From: Nitrospiria bacterium
GTDB taxonomy: Bacteria > Nitrospirota > UBA9217
Direction: 5' to 3'
DNA length: 64,000 nucleotides
Assembly: GCA_919902495.1 (NCBI GenBank)
Contig: CAKKRC010000018.1
Coordinates: forward strand, 580 to 64,579
Part shown: positions 30,704-40,681 of the stretch, one piece after another
Layout: every line of letters begins with the position of its first letter
Numbering within the stretch: the first letter of the stretch is position 1
The notes under the pieces: generated by a model
What the model saw: the letters and a program-made list of their open reading frames with translations, nothing else
Told to the model about the DNA's origin: nothing
Databases searched by the model: none
Made by a program: the position numbers and the translations under genes

Positions 30704-31155
30704 TGCACAACTACCTGTTGTTTCGGATCGCGGAACGGCTCCTCGGCGTCAAACTGCAGGGGGCCATCGAGATCCTGCCCTGGCGCCGTTCGCGCCCTGT
30801 TCCGCTGTCCTATTCGTATATCGAAGGCGTTATGGAATACCGGGGGGCCATCTATCCCGTGTTCCACCTTGCCCAGGTACTGGGTCTTTCCCGGACGGGG
30901 CCCATCGGATTCACCGCACCCGCACCGGGAGGCGACGACCTGCGCAAAGGACAAAGCATCATTCTGCTTGAAGAAGGCGGTAAACCGTTCGGCATAACCG
31001 TGGATAGCGTCGTGAAAATGGCGCGTTTTGAGGACCCGAAGGACCCGCCTTCCGAGATCAAAGGCATCGACATGAAGCTGGTCAAAGGGATCCAGTTCGA
31101 CGACGACCAGGAAATCACACTGCTGAACTTCGAAAGGTTATTCCATGCCGGTTAA
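30700..31155 (+). CDS. cheW: CheW-like coupling protein
   Basis: YLLFRIAERLLGVKL..EYRGAIYPVFHL..ITVDSVVKM. Start overlaps the upstream stop (ATGA). Confidence 0.7.
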   Translation: MMHNYLLFRIAERLLGVKLQGAIEILPWRRSRPVPLSYSYIEGVMEYRGAIYPVFHLAQVLGLSRTGPIGFTAPAPGGDDLRKGQSIILLEEGGKPFGITVDSVVKMARFEDPKDPPSEIKGIDMKLVKGIQFDDDQEITLLNFERLFHAG

Positions 31156-32503
31156 AATACTGCTTGCAGACAAAAGCATCACGATCCAAAAAGTGGTTGA
31201 GATGCTGTTCTCGGGTAAGGAATATGAGGTGGTGTGTGTCAGCGATGGTGACACGGCCCTGGGAGAGGCGTCCCGCATTGTGCCAGATGTCATCTTAGCC
31301 GATGTGGACCTGCCTCGCATCGACGGCTATCGTTTCGCAGGCCGCCTGAAGGAAACCCCTGCCCTCGCAAAGGTACCGGTCATCCTGATGCTTTCCCGTG
31401 ACGACGTGTATGATGCCGGCAAGGGGAAGTTGGCGGGCATCGTGGACAACATCGCCAAGCCGTTCGAGTCCCAGGACCTTATCGGTAAGGTGAAGAAAGC
31501 GCTCACCGGCGCACCGGCCGGCACGCCGCCGTCTCCCGCACCTGCCGCCCATAAGGCGGCACCGGTTCCACCGGCTCCGCCGAAACCTGCTGTTGTGCCG
31601 TCTTCACCTCCGCCGCCCCCGAAACCGAAAACGCCGCAAGCGGTCCCTTCAGACATATTCGATATCATTCAGGAGGCGCCGGCGCAACCCGCGGTTCGCA
31701 CAACCCAGACGCCACCCGCCCCTCTCAAGATGGAGAAGATCGAGGAGGAGACATTCGAGGTCGAGCCGGAGTTCGAGGTCGAACCCGAGGTAGAATCAGA
31801 GCAATCCGCTCCGCCGGAGCAGCCGAAGCCTGCCCCTGCCGTCGCAAAGACACCAGAGGAAGAGGACGCGGAATGGGCACGGTTGGCGGAAGAGACCGAA
31901 GTTGAAGCGAAATCGAAGCCTATGCCCGGACCCACAGAGGCGGTTCCTGATGCATTCGATACGGACCAGTTGTTCGGCCGCGAGCTGCCCCCTGCCGAAG
32001 AGAGCATAGAAAAAACCGAAGCCAGTGAGGTCCCGCCGGCGGGGCCGGTCGAGATGCCTTCGTTCGAGTTCGGGATGCCGCTGTCATCGGAAGAAGAGAA
32101 GGCCCTGCCTGTCGGTCAAAAAGCGATGGACGAAATGCGCGAGGGGCTCGGGCTGGCCGGGGAGGCGAAGGGCGCCGCCGCCAGGCATCCTGATATTGTG
32201 AGCTTTGAATCACTCGACATGGCATCGAGGGCCTCCCATGAAGATTACGCTTATACGCCGCCGGTGACCAAGGCACCGCCGGCTCCGGCAGCACAAATAC
32301 CGTCCGCGCGCGAGCCCGAACAGCCCTTCAGTGCGCTGTCCCGTGCTCCCGGGGTATCCGACGAAATGCTCAAGGGTGTTGCCCGGGAAGCCATCGAGAA
32401 GGCCGTGCGAGAGGTCCTGGAGCGGGTGGCCTGGGATGTCATTCCTGACCTCGCCGAACGTCTGATCAGGGAAGAGATCGAGCGGCTCAAAGCGGAGAAA
32501 TAA
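31145..32503 (+). CDS. response-regulator receiver protein with long Pro/Ala/Glu-rich region and conserved helical C-terminal tail
   Basis: N-terminal REC (ILLADKSITIQ...LADVDLPRIDG...LSRDD). About 250 aa of low complexity. C-terminal ~50-aa helical segment. Confidence 0.65.
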   Translation: MPVKILLADKSITIQKVVEMLFSGKEYEVVCVSDGDTALGEASRIVPDVILADVDLPRIDGYRFAGRLKETPALAKVPVILMLSRDDVYDAGKGKLAGIVDNIAKPFESQDLIGKVKKALTGAPAGTPPSPAPAAHKAAPVPPAPPKPAVVPSSPPPPPKPKTPQAVPSDIFDIIQEAPAQPAVRTTQTPPAPLKMEKIEEETFEVEPEFEVEPEVESEQSAPPEQPKPAPAVAKTPEEEDAEWARLAEETEVEAKSKPMPGPTEAVPDAFDTDQLFGRELPPAEESIEKTEASEVPPAGPVEMPSFEFGMPLSSEEEKALPVGQKAMDEMREGLGLAGEAKGAAARHPDIVSFESLDMASRASHEDYAYTPPVTKAPPAPAAQIPSAREPEQPFSALSRAPGVSDEMLKGVAREAIEKAVREVLERVAWDVIPDLAERLIREEIERLKAEK

Positions 32504-32504
32504 A

Positions 32505-32640
32505 GAGAAGCGCCAATATTCAAGAACCAAATCCCAAATACATCCCAAATATCAAGAACCAATGTTCAAACCGTTTTGAGTTTGAACATTGTGAATTGGG
32601 TATTATTTGGGATTTGTAATTTGTGATTTGGAATTTCAAT
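32505..32640. repeat. AT-rich imperfect long palindrome; core AATGTTCAAAC-cgttttga-GTTTGAACATT at 32561-32590
   Basis: The core 11-bp arms are perfect. Flanking CCCAAAT-type repeats on the left mirror TTTGGGATTTG on the right. Confidence 0.6.
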
Positions 32641-32793
32641 GCAGGGAACACGCTCCCCTCTTTTTATTGTATCACCGGTCTCCGCTGCGGCCCAACCAGC
32701 GAAACAATCACAGCCGGGCCGGTGATCATTCTCTTCTGAAATTCCCATGCCCCTGATCGCGTTCTCATGATGTGCATATGAAGGAGTTGTCGG

Positions 32794-35490
32794 ATGTCCG
32801 TGAATGAGCTTTCAAAATCCTACGAGCCAAAGTCGGTCGAAGAGACCTGGTACGCTTTCTGGCTTCAGAAGAAGTATTTTCATGCCGATGAGAACTCGCG
32901 CGCCCCGCATTATTCCATCGTGATCCCGCCGCCCAATGTTACCGGACAGCTCCACATCGGCCATGCGCTGAACTCCACGCTCCAGGACATCCTCGCTCGG
33001 TGGATGCGCATGTCCGGCAGGAATACGCTCTGGGTCCCCGGTACGGACCACGCGGGTATTGCGACGCAGAACGTAGTGGAGCGCATGCTTGCCAGGGAGA
33101 ACATCGATCGTCACGCCATGGGACGGGAGGCGTTCATTGAAAAGGTCTGGGAGTGGAAGAAGGAATACGGGGGGCGGATCATCGGCCAGCTCAAGCGGCT
33201 TGGTGCCTCGTGCGACTGGGACCGCGAGCGGTTCACCATGGATGAAGGTCTTTCGAAGGCCGTCCGGGAGGTCTTTGTCCGGCTCCACGAGGAAGGGCTC
33301 ATCTACCGCGGCGAGCGGCTCATCAACTGGTGCCCCCGCTGCCACACGGCGCTTTCCGACATAGAAGTGGAGCATGAGGACGAAAAGGGCAAGCTCTACC
33401 ATATTTCCTATCCCCTGAGCAACGACCATTCGATACGCCTCACCGTAGCCACAACGCGGCCCGAGACCATGCTGGGAGATACGGCGGTGGCTGTGCATCC
33501 GCTGGATCCCCGCTATAAGGCACTGATCGGCAAGACCGTCGACCTTCCGCTCACGAACAGAAAGATCCCCATTGTGGGCGATTCCATCCTCGTTGACCTC
33601 GAGTTCGGCACCGGCGCCGTGAAGGTCACCCCTGCCCACGACTTCAACGACTATGAAGCGGGCTTGCGACAGGACCCCGAGCTCCTTCGGATAAAAATGC
33701 TGAACGACAAGGCCGAGATCCTGACCGACATCCCGGACGTGCTTCCCGAGGTGCTCCGCCAGATAGCGGGGAAGCCCGCCAAAAAGGCGCGGGGCATGGT
33801 CGTGGAACTGCTCAAGGAGCAGGGGTACCTGGGCAAGACGGATGATCACAGCCATTCCATCGGCAAATGCTATCGTTGCAGGACCGTTGTGGAGCCGTAT
33901 CTGTCTCCCCAGTGGTTCGTCAAGACGAAGCCCCTGGCGGAACCCGCGATCAAGGCCGTCGAGGACGGCACGATCACCTTCTATCCCAAAGGCTGGGAGA
34001 ACACCTACTTTGACTGGATGCGGAACATCAAGGACTGGTGCATCTCGCGCCAGATCTGGTGGGGCCACCGCATACCGGCATGGTACTGCGATCAGTGCGA
34101 CGTCATTACCGTCAGCCGGACCGACGCCGTCTCGTGCTCGGCGTGCGGGAGCACAAACATCCGGCAGGAGACCGATGTGCTCGATACGTGGTTCTCGTCC
34201 GCGCTCTGGCCCTTTTCCACGCTCGGCTGGCCGGAGAGGACAAAGGACCTCGCGACCTACTATCCCACGTCCGTGCTCGTTACGAGCTTTGACATCATCT
34301 TTTTCTGGGTGGCGCGCATGATCATGATGGGTCTCCACTTCATGAAGGAGGCCCCGTTCAAGGACGTCTATATCCACGCGCTGGTCCGCGACGCCGAAGG
34401 TCAGAAGATGAGCAAGTCCAAGGGGAACGTCATCGACCCTCTGGAGATGACCGAACAGTTCGGCACCGACGCGTTCCGGTTCACGTTGACGGCCTTTGCC
34501 GCCCAGGGCCGCGACATCAAGATGTCCGCGGAGCGTATCGAGGGCTATCGGAACTTCGCGAACAAGATCTGGAACGCAAGCCGGTTCGTGATGATGAACC
34601 TCGAAGAAGTGTTCGTCCCGAACAGCGATATCGTGGTGAAGGAGTCGTCGCTGGCGGACCGCTGGATCGCATCGCGCCTGAACTCGGTCATCCAGGAGGT
34701 CCAGGCAGCTCTGCAGGAATACCGTTTCAACGACGCGGCGTCGACGCTCTACCAGTTCATCTGGCACGAGTACTGCGATTGGTACGTCGAACTTTCCAAA
34801 CCGGCGTTGAAGGATGAACATCCGGGCAGGAAAAAGGCTGCGCAGACAACGCTCGTCATGACGCTGGAAACGTCATTACGCCTGCTCCATCCGATCATGC
34901 CTTTTATTACAGAAGAGATCTGGCAGAAGCTTCCCCGCGAGATCAAAGGGCCGGAAGAATCGATCATGGTATCATCCTTCCCAACATCGGACGGCACGTA
35001 TATCGACGAGCCAGTTGAGCGGTCGATGCGGTTGCCTATGGATGCGATCCTTTCCATAAGGAACATCCGTGGCGAGATGAATATATCGCCTCGCGAGAAG
35101 GTCAGGGCGGACATCCGAGCCGAGAACGAGGATGTCGTTAAGAACTTCGAACAAACAGCCGGATATGTGACGTCATTATCCGGATTGTCGCACCTGGCGA
35201 TCGCCCTCGACACCGCAAAGCCGGAGGGATCGGCTACCGGTACGATCCGCGGCGCAGAGATCTATGTCACTTCGGACCAGACCATTGATAAAGGCGCCGA
35301 GCGCGATCGGCTGATGAAAGAGATAGCAAAGACGTCCAAGGATGTTGAAATGTTCTCCAGAAAACTGTCGAACAAGAGCTTCGTGGATAAGGCGCCGAAA
35401 GCCGTTGTTGAGAAGGACTCTGCGCGGCTCGAGGAGCTGAAGGCAATGCGCGAGAAGCTGGAGCAGAGCCTCGCGACGCTGGGTACGTGA
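32794..35490 (+). CDS. valS: valine--tRNA ligase
   Basis: 898 aa. HIGH motif (PNVTGQLHIGHAL). KMSKS (GQKMSKSKGN). C-terminal coiled coil. GAAGGAG RBS. Confidence 0.95.
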   Translation: MSVNELSKSYEPKSVEETWYAFWLQKKYFHADENSRAPHYSIVIPPPNVTGQLHIGHALNSTLQDILARWMRMSGRNTLWVPGTDHAGIATQNVVERMLARENIDRHAMGREAFIEKVWEWKKEYGGRIIGQLKRLGASCDWDRERFTMDEGLSKAVREVFVRLHEEGLIYRGERLINWCPRCHTALSDIEVEHEDEKGKLYHISYPLSNDHSIRLTVATTRPETMLGDTAVAVHPLDPRYKALIGKTVDLPLTNRKIPIVGDSILVDLEFGTGAVKVTPAHDFNDYEAGLRQDPELLRIKMLNDKAEILTDIPDVLPEVLRQIAGKPAKKARGMVVELLKEQGYLGKTDDHSHSIGKCYRCRTVVEPYLSPQWFVKTKPLAEPAIKAVEDGTITFYPKGWENTYFDWMRNIKDWCISRQIWWGHRIPAWYCDQCDVITVSRTDAVSCSACGSTNIRQETDVLDTWFSSALWPFSTLGWPERTKDLATYYPTSVLVTSFDIIFFWVARMIMMGLHFMKEAPFKDVYIHALVRDAEGQKMSKSKGNVIDPLEMTEQFGTDAFRFTLTAFAAQGRDIKMSAERIEGYRNFANKIWNASRFVMMNLEEVFVPNSDIVVKESSLADRWIASRLNSVIQEVQAALQEYRFNDAASTLYQFIWHEYCDWYVELSKPALKDEHPGRKKAAQTTLVMTLETSLRLLHPIMPFITEEIWQKLPREIKGPEESIMVSSFPTSDGTYIDEPVERSMRLPMDAILSIRNIRGEMNISPREKVRADIRAENEDVVKNFEQTAGYVTSLSGLSHLAIALDTAKPEGSATGTIRGAEIYVTSDQTIDKGAERDRLMKEIAKTSKDVEMFSRKLSNKSFVDKAPKAVVEKDSARLEELKAMREKLEQSLATLGT

Positions 35491-35557
35491 TCCGCCTGCG
35501 GTATGACGCCGACTGCAGGCATTCAGTCAAAAATCACCCTGTGAGGAATGAGCGAGG

Positions 35558-36385
35558 ATGGAACATCTCATAGAAAAATTGATCGAAGAGGCGCTTTTTG
35601 AGGATATCGGTCCTGGAGATATCACGTCGGAAGCGGTGATCCCGGATGAGGTCTCGTCAACGGCGGAGATCATCGCTAAGCAGGACCTGGTCCTTGCCGG
35701 CGTGCTGATCGCACGAGAAGTGTTCCGCAAGCTCGATCCGTGGGTCCAGTTCACGCCGCTCGCCCACGACGGCAGCCGGGTGCAGTCCGGCTCCATCATC
35801 GCGCAGGTCCAGGGCAGGACCCGCATGCTCCTTGCCGGTGAGCGCGTAGCGCTGAACCTGATGCAGCACCTTTCGGGCATCGCCACCCTGACCTCCAGAT
35901 TCGTTGATGCCCTCAAGGGATCCCGCGCCGAGATCCTGGACACCCGCAAGACACTGCCGGGACTGCGGGCGCTCGAAAAATACGCGGTACGCATGGGCGG
36001 CGGCCGTAACCATCGTTTCGGTCTGTACGACGGGATCCTGATCAAGGACAATCACATCAAAGCGGCCGGCGGTATCATCAAGGCCATGGCCGGCATCCGG
36101 AAAAAGGTCCATCCGCTGCTCAAGATCGAGGTAGAGGTGAAGACGCTGGACGAGGTGCGAGAGGCGATGGCCGCCGGCGCAACGATGATCCTGCTCGACA
36201 ATATGCAGCCGGCACTCATGAAACAGGCCGTCGGCATCGTCGGCGAGCGCGTTCTGGTTGAGGCCTCGGGCAACGTGACCCTCGACAACGTCAAGGCGAT
36301 CGCAGAGACCGGCGTTGACTTCATTTCCTCGGGGAGCCTGACGCATTCTGCCCCCGCCGCTGACATCAGCATGAAAATAAAATAA
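35558..36385 (+). CDS. nadC: nicotinate-nucleotide pyrophosphorylase (carboxylating)
   Basis: Conserved across the length (LDTRKTLPGLR, GGGRNHRFGLYD, MILLDNM). Confidence 0.9.
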   Translation: MEHLIEKLIEEALFEDIGPGDITSEAVIPDEVSSTAEIIAKQDLVLAGVLIAREVFRKLDPWVQFTPLAHDGSRVQSGSIIAQVQGRTRMLLAGERVALNLMQHLSGIATLTSRFVDALKGSRAEILDTRKTLPGLRALEKYAVRMGGGRNHRFGLYDGILIKDNHIKAAGGIIKAMAGIRKKVHPLLKIEVEVKTLDEVREAMAAGATMILLDNMQPALMKQAVGIVGERVLVEASGNVTLDNVKAIAETGVDFISSGSLTHSAPAADISMKIK

Positions 36386-36400
36386 ATCCAGGAGCGAGCG

Positions 36401-36431
36401 CAATCCCCGTAACCCATTGCGGGGATTGCGA
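36401..36431 (+). terminator. perfect 11-bp stem-loop (CGCAATCCCCG-taacccatt-CGGGGATTGCG) after nadC
   Basis: Read directly. No clean T-run follows. A second 8-bp palindrome GTCCCGCC-ac-GGCGGGAC lies at 36474-36491. Confidence 0.4.
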
Positions 36432-36584
36432 GCGATTAGAATATATATTATTTCTTGAGGATCGAAGACTCCCTGTCCCGCCACGGCGGGACTGTAGGGA
36501 TCTTCAATGGTCGTGGGGCAGGGGACCGGGGTCCGGGAAGTCATCACCCCGCTGTCGCATCCTGAGCCCTTTCTGTCGAGAAAC

Positions 36585-37562
36585 ATGAAAAAGTTCGATG
36601 TGTTGACGCACCTGCGGTCCTCCCGTTCCGGCCACGTGTCGGGGGCCGCGCTTGCCGCTGCTATGGGCGTGTCCCGAACAGCCGTGTGGAAGCATATCAA
36701 GACGCTGGAGCGCGAAGGATACGCGATCGAGGCCGTACCGTCAAAAGGGTACCGTCTCACCGCGTCCCCTGATGTTATCGTCGCCGGCGAGGTGATGCAG
36801 GGGCTGGGAACGAGGACCATCGGCAAAGAGGTCCTGCATTTTGCGGAGGTTGCGTCGACCAACACCGTTGCCATGGACCTCGCCCAGAAAGGCGCCGTAG
36901 ACGGCACCGTGGTGATCGCCGAGACCCAGACCGGCGGCAAGGGAAGGCTGGGCAGGTCCTGGTCATCGCCAGCCGGCAACCTGTACGTGAGCGTGATCCT
37001 CCGGCCGTCCGTGCCGATCTCCAAAGCCCCGCTCATCACGCTCGTGGGAGCCGTCGCTGTCGCCTCCGGCCTCAGGAGGCAATGCGGGGTCCCGGCCGGG
37101 ATCAAGTGGCCGAACGATATCCTTCTGTCCGGAAAAAAGGTGTCCGGTCTTCTCACCGAGATGAGCGCGGAGCCTGACCGGATCAGACATATCGTGCTCG
37201 GGATCGGCGTGAACGTGAACATGGACGGCAGGGCGCTTCCGCCCGATATCCGGAGGATGGCCACGACGCTTGCTGCCGCGACGGGAAAACCGATGGACAG
37301 GACCGCCCTCTTGAGGACCCTGCTGGTCGAGCTCGATCTCTGGTATCACCGCTTTCTTACGGGTGACACAGAGGTTGTTGCCGCGTGGAAAGAGTTGAAC
37401 GTGACGCTGGGGCATCGCGTGGCGGTGGACGGGGGCAGTGTAAAGCTGGAAGGGCTTGCCCGTGGCGTGGATGCTGAAGGCAGGCTTATTCTCAAATTGG
37501 ACGACGGAACGCTCCGGCAGGTCGCGGCCGGGGACGTGACGATCATGAAAGGAAAAACCTGA
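36585..37562 (+). CDS. birA: bifunctional biotin--[acetyl-CoA-carboxylase] ligase / BirA repressor
   Basis: N-terminal HTH (AALAAAMGVSRTAVWKHIKTLEREGY). BPL domain (ETQTGGKGRLGRSW). C-terminal SH3-like domain. Confidence 0.85.
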   Translation: MKKFDVLTHLRSSRSGHVSGAALAAAMGVSRTAVWKHIKTLEREGYAIEAVPSKGYRLTASPDVIVAGEVMQGLGTRTIGKEVLHFAEVASTNTVAMDLAQKGAVDGTVVIAETQTGGKGRLGRSWSSPAGNLYVSVILRPSVPISKAPLITLVGAVAVASGLRRQCGVPAGIKWPNDILLSGKKVSGLLTEMSAEPDRIRHIVLGIGVNVNMDGRALPPDIRRMATTLAAATGKPMDRTALLRTLLVELDLWYHRFLTGDTEVVAAWKELNVTLGHRVAVDGGSVKLEGLARGVDAEGRLILKLDDGTLRQVAAGDVTIMKGKT

Positions 37563-37696
37563 CGCGGGGCCAAAAGTAGACGCTTCTAAGCGACGCGGCG
37601 ACACGGAGACGCGGGGAAAGGGCGGTAGAATCGGTCTTTCTTCGCAGGGTCTCCTTGTCCCCCTGTCACCGTGTCGGACTCTTTTTCGGAGGGCAT

Positions 37697-38461
37697 ATGC
37701 TTCTTGCCATCGACATCGGCAATACCAATGTGGTGCTCGGCGTGTTCGAGGGAGAACGCCTGCGCGAGAGCTGGCGCATCGGTACCAAGGCATCGATCAC
37801 CGCCGATGAATACGCCGTGATCATGAAGGACCTCTTTGCCTTTTCGGGCATCGACTTCAAACAGATCGACGGGATCATCATCTCCACGGTCGTTCCGCCG
37901 CTGCTCTCGATCATGGCCGAGATGTCCCGCAAGTACTTCAAGATCGAGCCCCTGGTCGTGACCAGCGAGCTCAAGACGGGGATCACGCTGAGCTATGAAA
38001 ATCCCCGCGAGATCGGCGCCGACCGCATCGTGAACGCCGCTGCCGCATTCAGGCTCTACGGAGGGCCGCTCATCATCATCGACTTCGGAACGGCAACAAC
38101 CTTCTGCGCGGTCACCGCAAAGGGCGAGTACCTGGGCGGCGCTATCACGCCGGGCGTGAAGATCTCGGCCGAGGCCCTGTACCAGCGCGCGGCGAAACTG
38201 CCCCGGGTCGAGCTTACGCGGCCGCGGACGATCATCGGCCGGGACACGGTCAGCGCCATGCAGGCAGGCATTCTCTTCGGGTACGCCGGCCTCGTTGACG
38301 GGATCGTAGAACGGATGAAGAAGGAGCTTTCCCCCGACGCCAGGGTGATCGCCACGGGCGGGCTTGCCGAGCTCGTTGCCCCCGAGACCAGAAGCGCGAT
38401 CGAGGTCAGGCCGAACCTGACGCTCGAAGGCCTTCGGCTGATCTATGATGCAAACCGTTGA
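37697..38461 (+). CDS. coaX: type III pantothenate kinase
   Basis: MLLAIDIGNTNVVLGVF...IIDFGTATTF...GGAITPG. Sits downstream of birA. Confidence 0.9.
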   Translation: MLLAIDIGNTNVVLGVFEGERLRESWRIGTKASITADEYAVIMKDLFAFSGIDFKQIDGIIISTVVPPLLSIMAEMSRKYFKIEPLVVTSELKTGITLSYENPREIGADRIVNAAAAFRLYGGPLIIIDFGTATTFCAVTAKGEYLGGAITPGVKISAEALYQRAAKLPRVELTRPRTIIGRDTVSAMQAGILFGYAGLVDGIVERMKKELSPDARVIATGGLAELVAPETRSAIEVRPNLTLEGLRLIYDANR

Positions 38462-38592
38462 TATTTAAATGGAATAAGCTGCTGCCAGACTATCGGCCGG
38501 ATCGCAATACCGAAAAACAGATGGGTCTCTACCTTGACGATTCAGGGTTTTTATGATATCTATTGCATTATCATTGCTTTGCGGGAGAATTG

Positions 38593-38970
38593 ATGAAAAT
38601 CCTTGTCGTTGACGATGAAGAGGGCGCGCGGGAGCTCTTTAATACCATATTGACCGATGAAGGCTACGAGGTCACCCTCGCCGTAAACGGGGAGGACGGC
38701 ATCTCGCAGTTCAAGAAGGCGCTGTTCGACCTTGTGGTCACGGACATCAAGATGCCGGGTATGGACGGCCTCCAGTTGCTGCAGGAGATCCGGAAGACGG
38801 GTTCCAAGGCAGACGTGATCATGGTGACCGCCTACGGCGAAGTTGAATCCTACCTCAAGGCCATGAGCCTTGGAGCCGCCGAATATATCAACAAGCCCAT
38901 CCGGATCAAGGAACTCAAACGGATCGTCCACAAGGTCCTCTCCGAGCGGAAGGCAAGACCGGGAGTCTGA
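38593..38970 (+). CDS. single-domain response regulator receiver
   Basis: KILVVDDEEGAR...VVTDIKMPGMDG...MVTAYGE..INKPI. Confidence 0.8.
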   Translation: MKILVVDDEEGARELFNTILTDEGYEVTLAVNGEDGISQFKKALFDLVVTDIKMPGMDGLQLLQEIRKTGSKADVIMVTAYGEVESYLKAMSLGAAEYINKPIRIKELKRIVHKVLSERKARPGV

Positions 38971-39995
38971 TGTCACGACTGCGCAAGGACCCCATCGTCG
39001 GCCGCTGGATCATTATCTCCACCGAACGGCCCAAACAACCCCAAGACTACCATACCGAAGAACCCGAAGACGATGTGGCGCCGGCGGAATGCCCGTTCTG
39101 TGCCGGTAACGAGTCCAAGACCCCTCCCGAGATAGCATCCTTCCGCGCCGAGAAGACCCTCCCGAACAAAGAGGGGTGGTGGGTCCGCGTCATCCCCAGC
39201 AAGTTTCCCGTTCTCCATGTCGAAGGCAGCCTGGAGCGCGAGGGCAGCGGCATCTATGACTGGATGAACGGGATCGGCGCTCATGAGATCATCATCGAGA
39301 CCCCGGAGCATGCCCTGCGCCTCGAAGAACTGCCGGAAAGCCAGGTGGAGAAGATCTTGTGGTCCTACCGCGACCGGATCCTTGACCTTGAGCGCGACGA
39401 CCGGCTGCGGTACGTGCTGATCCTCAAGAACCAGGGCTGGTCCGCGGGATCGGCCCTGAACCACACCCACTCCCAGATCATCGCCACCCCTGTCATCCCC
39501 AAGCTCGTTAAAGAAAAACTGGACGGCGCCAAGTCCTATTATGACTACAAGGAGCGCTGCATCTTCTGCGACATGATCCGGCAGGAACTTGCGGACGCCG
39601 CCCGGGTTGTTGAGGAGACCCGGCATTTCATCGTGTTCACTCCCTTCGCGCCACGGTTCCCCTTCGAGGTCTGGATCTACCCAAAAAAACATTCCTGCGC
39701 CTATGCCGACATCTCCAAGGAAGAGATGATGGATCTTTCCCGCTCGCTCCGGAATACGCTCCAGCGGCTCGGAAAGACCCTGGACAACGCCCCCTATAAC
39801 TACATCCTGTACACCGCGCCGAACCGCGTTCCACGCCACGGCCACTGGCACACCCTGAACGATGATTTTCACTGGCATCTGGAGATCATGCCGCGCCTCA
39901 CCCGGGTAGCGGGCTTCGAATGGGGATCGGGTTTCTATATCAATCCGACGCCGCCGGAAGACGCGGCGAAGCACCTCAGGGACGTGAAGCTCTGA
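38970..39995 (+). CDS. galactose-1-phosphate uridylyltransferase-family (HIT superfamily) nucleotidyltransferase
   Basis: CPFCAGNE zinc motif. HTHSQ active-site His-x-His-x-Gln. Second half-domain present. Start overlaps the REC stop (ATGA). Confidence 0.65.
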   Translation: MSRLRKDPIVGRWIIISTERPKQPQDYHTEEPEDDVAPAECPFCAGNESKTPPEIASFRAEKTLPNKEGWWVRVIPSKFPVLHVEGSLEREGSGIYDWMNGIGAHEIIIETPEHALRLEELPESQVEKILWSYRDRILDLERDDRLRYVLILKNQGWSAGSALNHTHSQIIATPVIPKLVKEKLDGAKSYYDYKERCIFCDMIRQELADAARVVEETRHFIVFTPFAPRFPFEVWIYPKKHSCAYADISKEEMMDLSRSLRNTLQRLGKTLDNAPYNYILYTAPNRVPRHGHWHTLNDDFHWHLEIMPRLTRVAGFEWGSGFYINPTPPEDAAKHLRDVKL

Positions 39996-40058
39996 TCCGC
40001 CTCGCTGCGACCTCTCCGTCCTGACGCGACCCGAGCTCCAATTGATAAGGAGGAAAAC

Positions 40059-40673
40059 ATGAACACGTTGTTCTGGGCTCTTGCGGTGTGTATGACCTTG
40101 GAAGGTACGGCGATTGCGCAGGACAAGATGATCATTACGACGAAGGACGGCAAGATACAGTCCTTTGATACCAATGCCATCCAAAAAATCGAGTTTCAAT
40201 CCGGTCTGCCCTCCGGGGCCGCGATTGCACCATCCCTTCCTGCGCAGACGCGGACCGCTGTGCTGCAATCCTACAATTATCCGACGCACTTTATACGTCA
40301 TGCCAATTTTTCCGGAGAGATCTCGCCGCTCGTGAACGATCTTGACCGGAGGGACGGCACATTCCGGATCGTACCGGGCCTGGCGGACAGCAGGTATGTG
40401 TCCTTCGAATCAACGAACTATCCCGGGTATTATCTGCGGCACCAGAACTTCCGCGTGCAGCTGCACAAGCCGGATGGATCACAGCTCTTTCGGGAGGACG
40501 CTACGTTCAAGATGAAGCCGGGACTGGCTGACGCTTCGTGGTCGTCCTTCGAATCGGCCAATTATGCGGGACACTATCTTCGTCACAGGAACTTCCACCT
40601 GTATATTGAGCAGGGAGCGGATGACCTATTTCGCAAGGACGCGACCTTCAAGCTTGTCGCTCCGCCCTGGTAG
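40059..40673 (+). CDS. secreted protein with three tandem AbfB-like (CBM42/ricin-B-type) repeats
   Basis: Signal peptide. Three ~48-aa repeats carrying YP.H(F/Y)(I/L)RH.NF. Confidence 0.5.
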   Translation: MNTLFWALAVCMTLEGTAIAQDKMIITTKDGKIQSFDTNAIQKIEFQSGLPSGAAIAPSLPAQTRTAVLQSYNYPTHFIRHANFSGEISPLVNDLDRRDGTFRIVPGLADSRYVSFESTNYPGYYLRHQNFRVQLHKPDGSQLFREDATFKMKPGLADASWSSFESANYAGHYLRHRNFHLYIEQGADDLFRKDATFKLVAPPW

Positions 40674-40681
40674 GCGTTGGC

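Noticed and set aside
32505-32793. T-box or other leader riboswitch upstream of valS
   Set aside because: No specifier or T-box consensus is recognisable. The region is an AT-rich palindrome plus a short leader.
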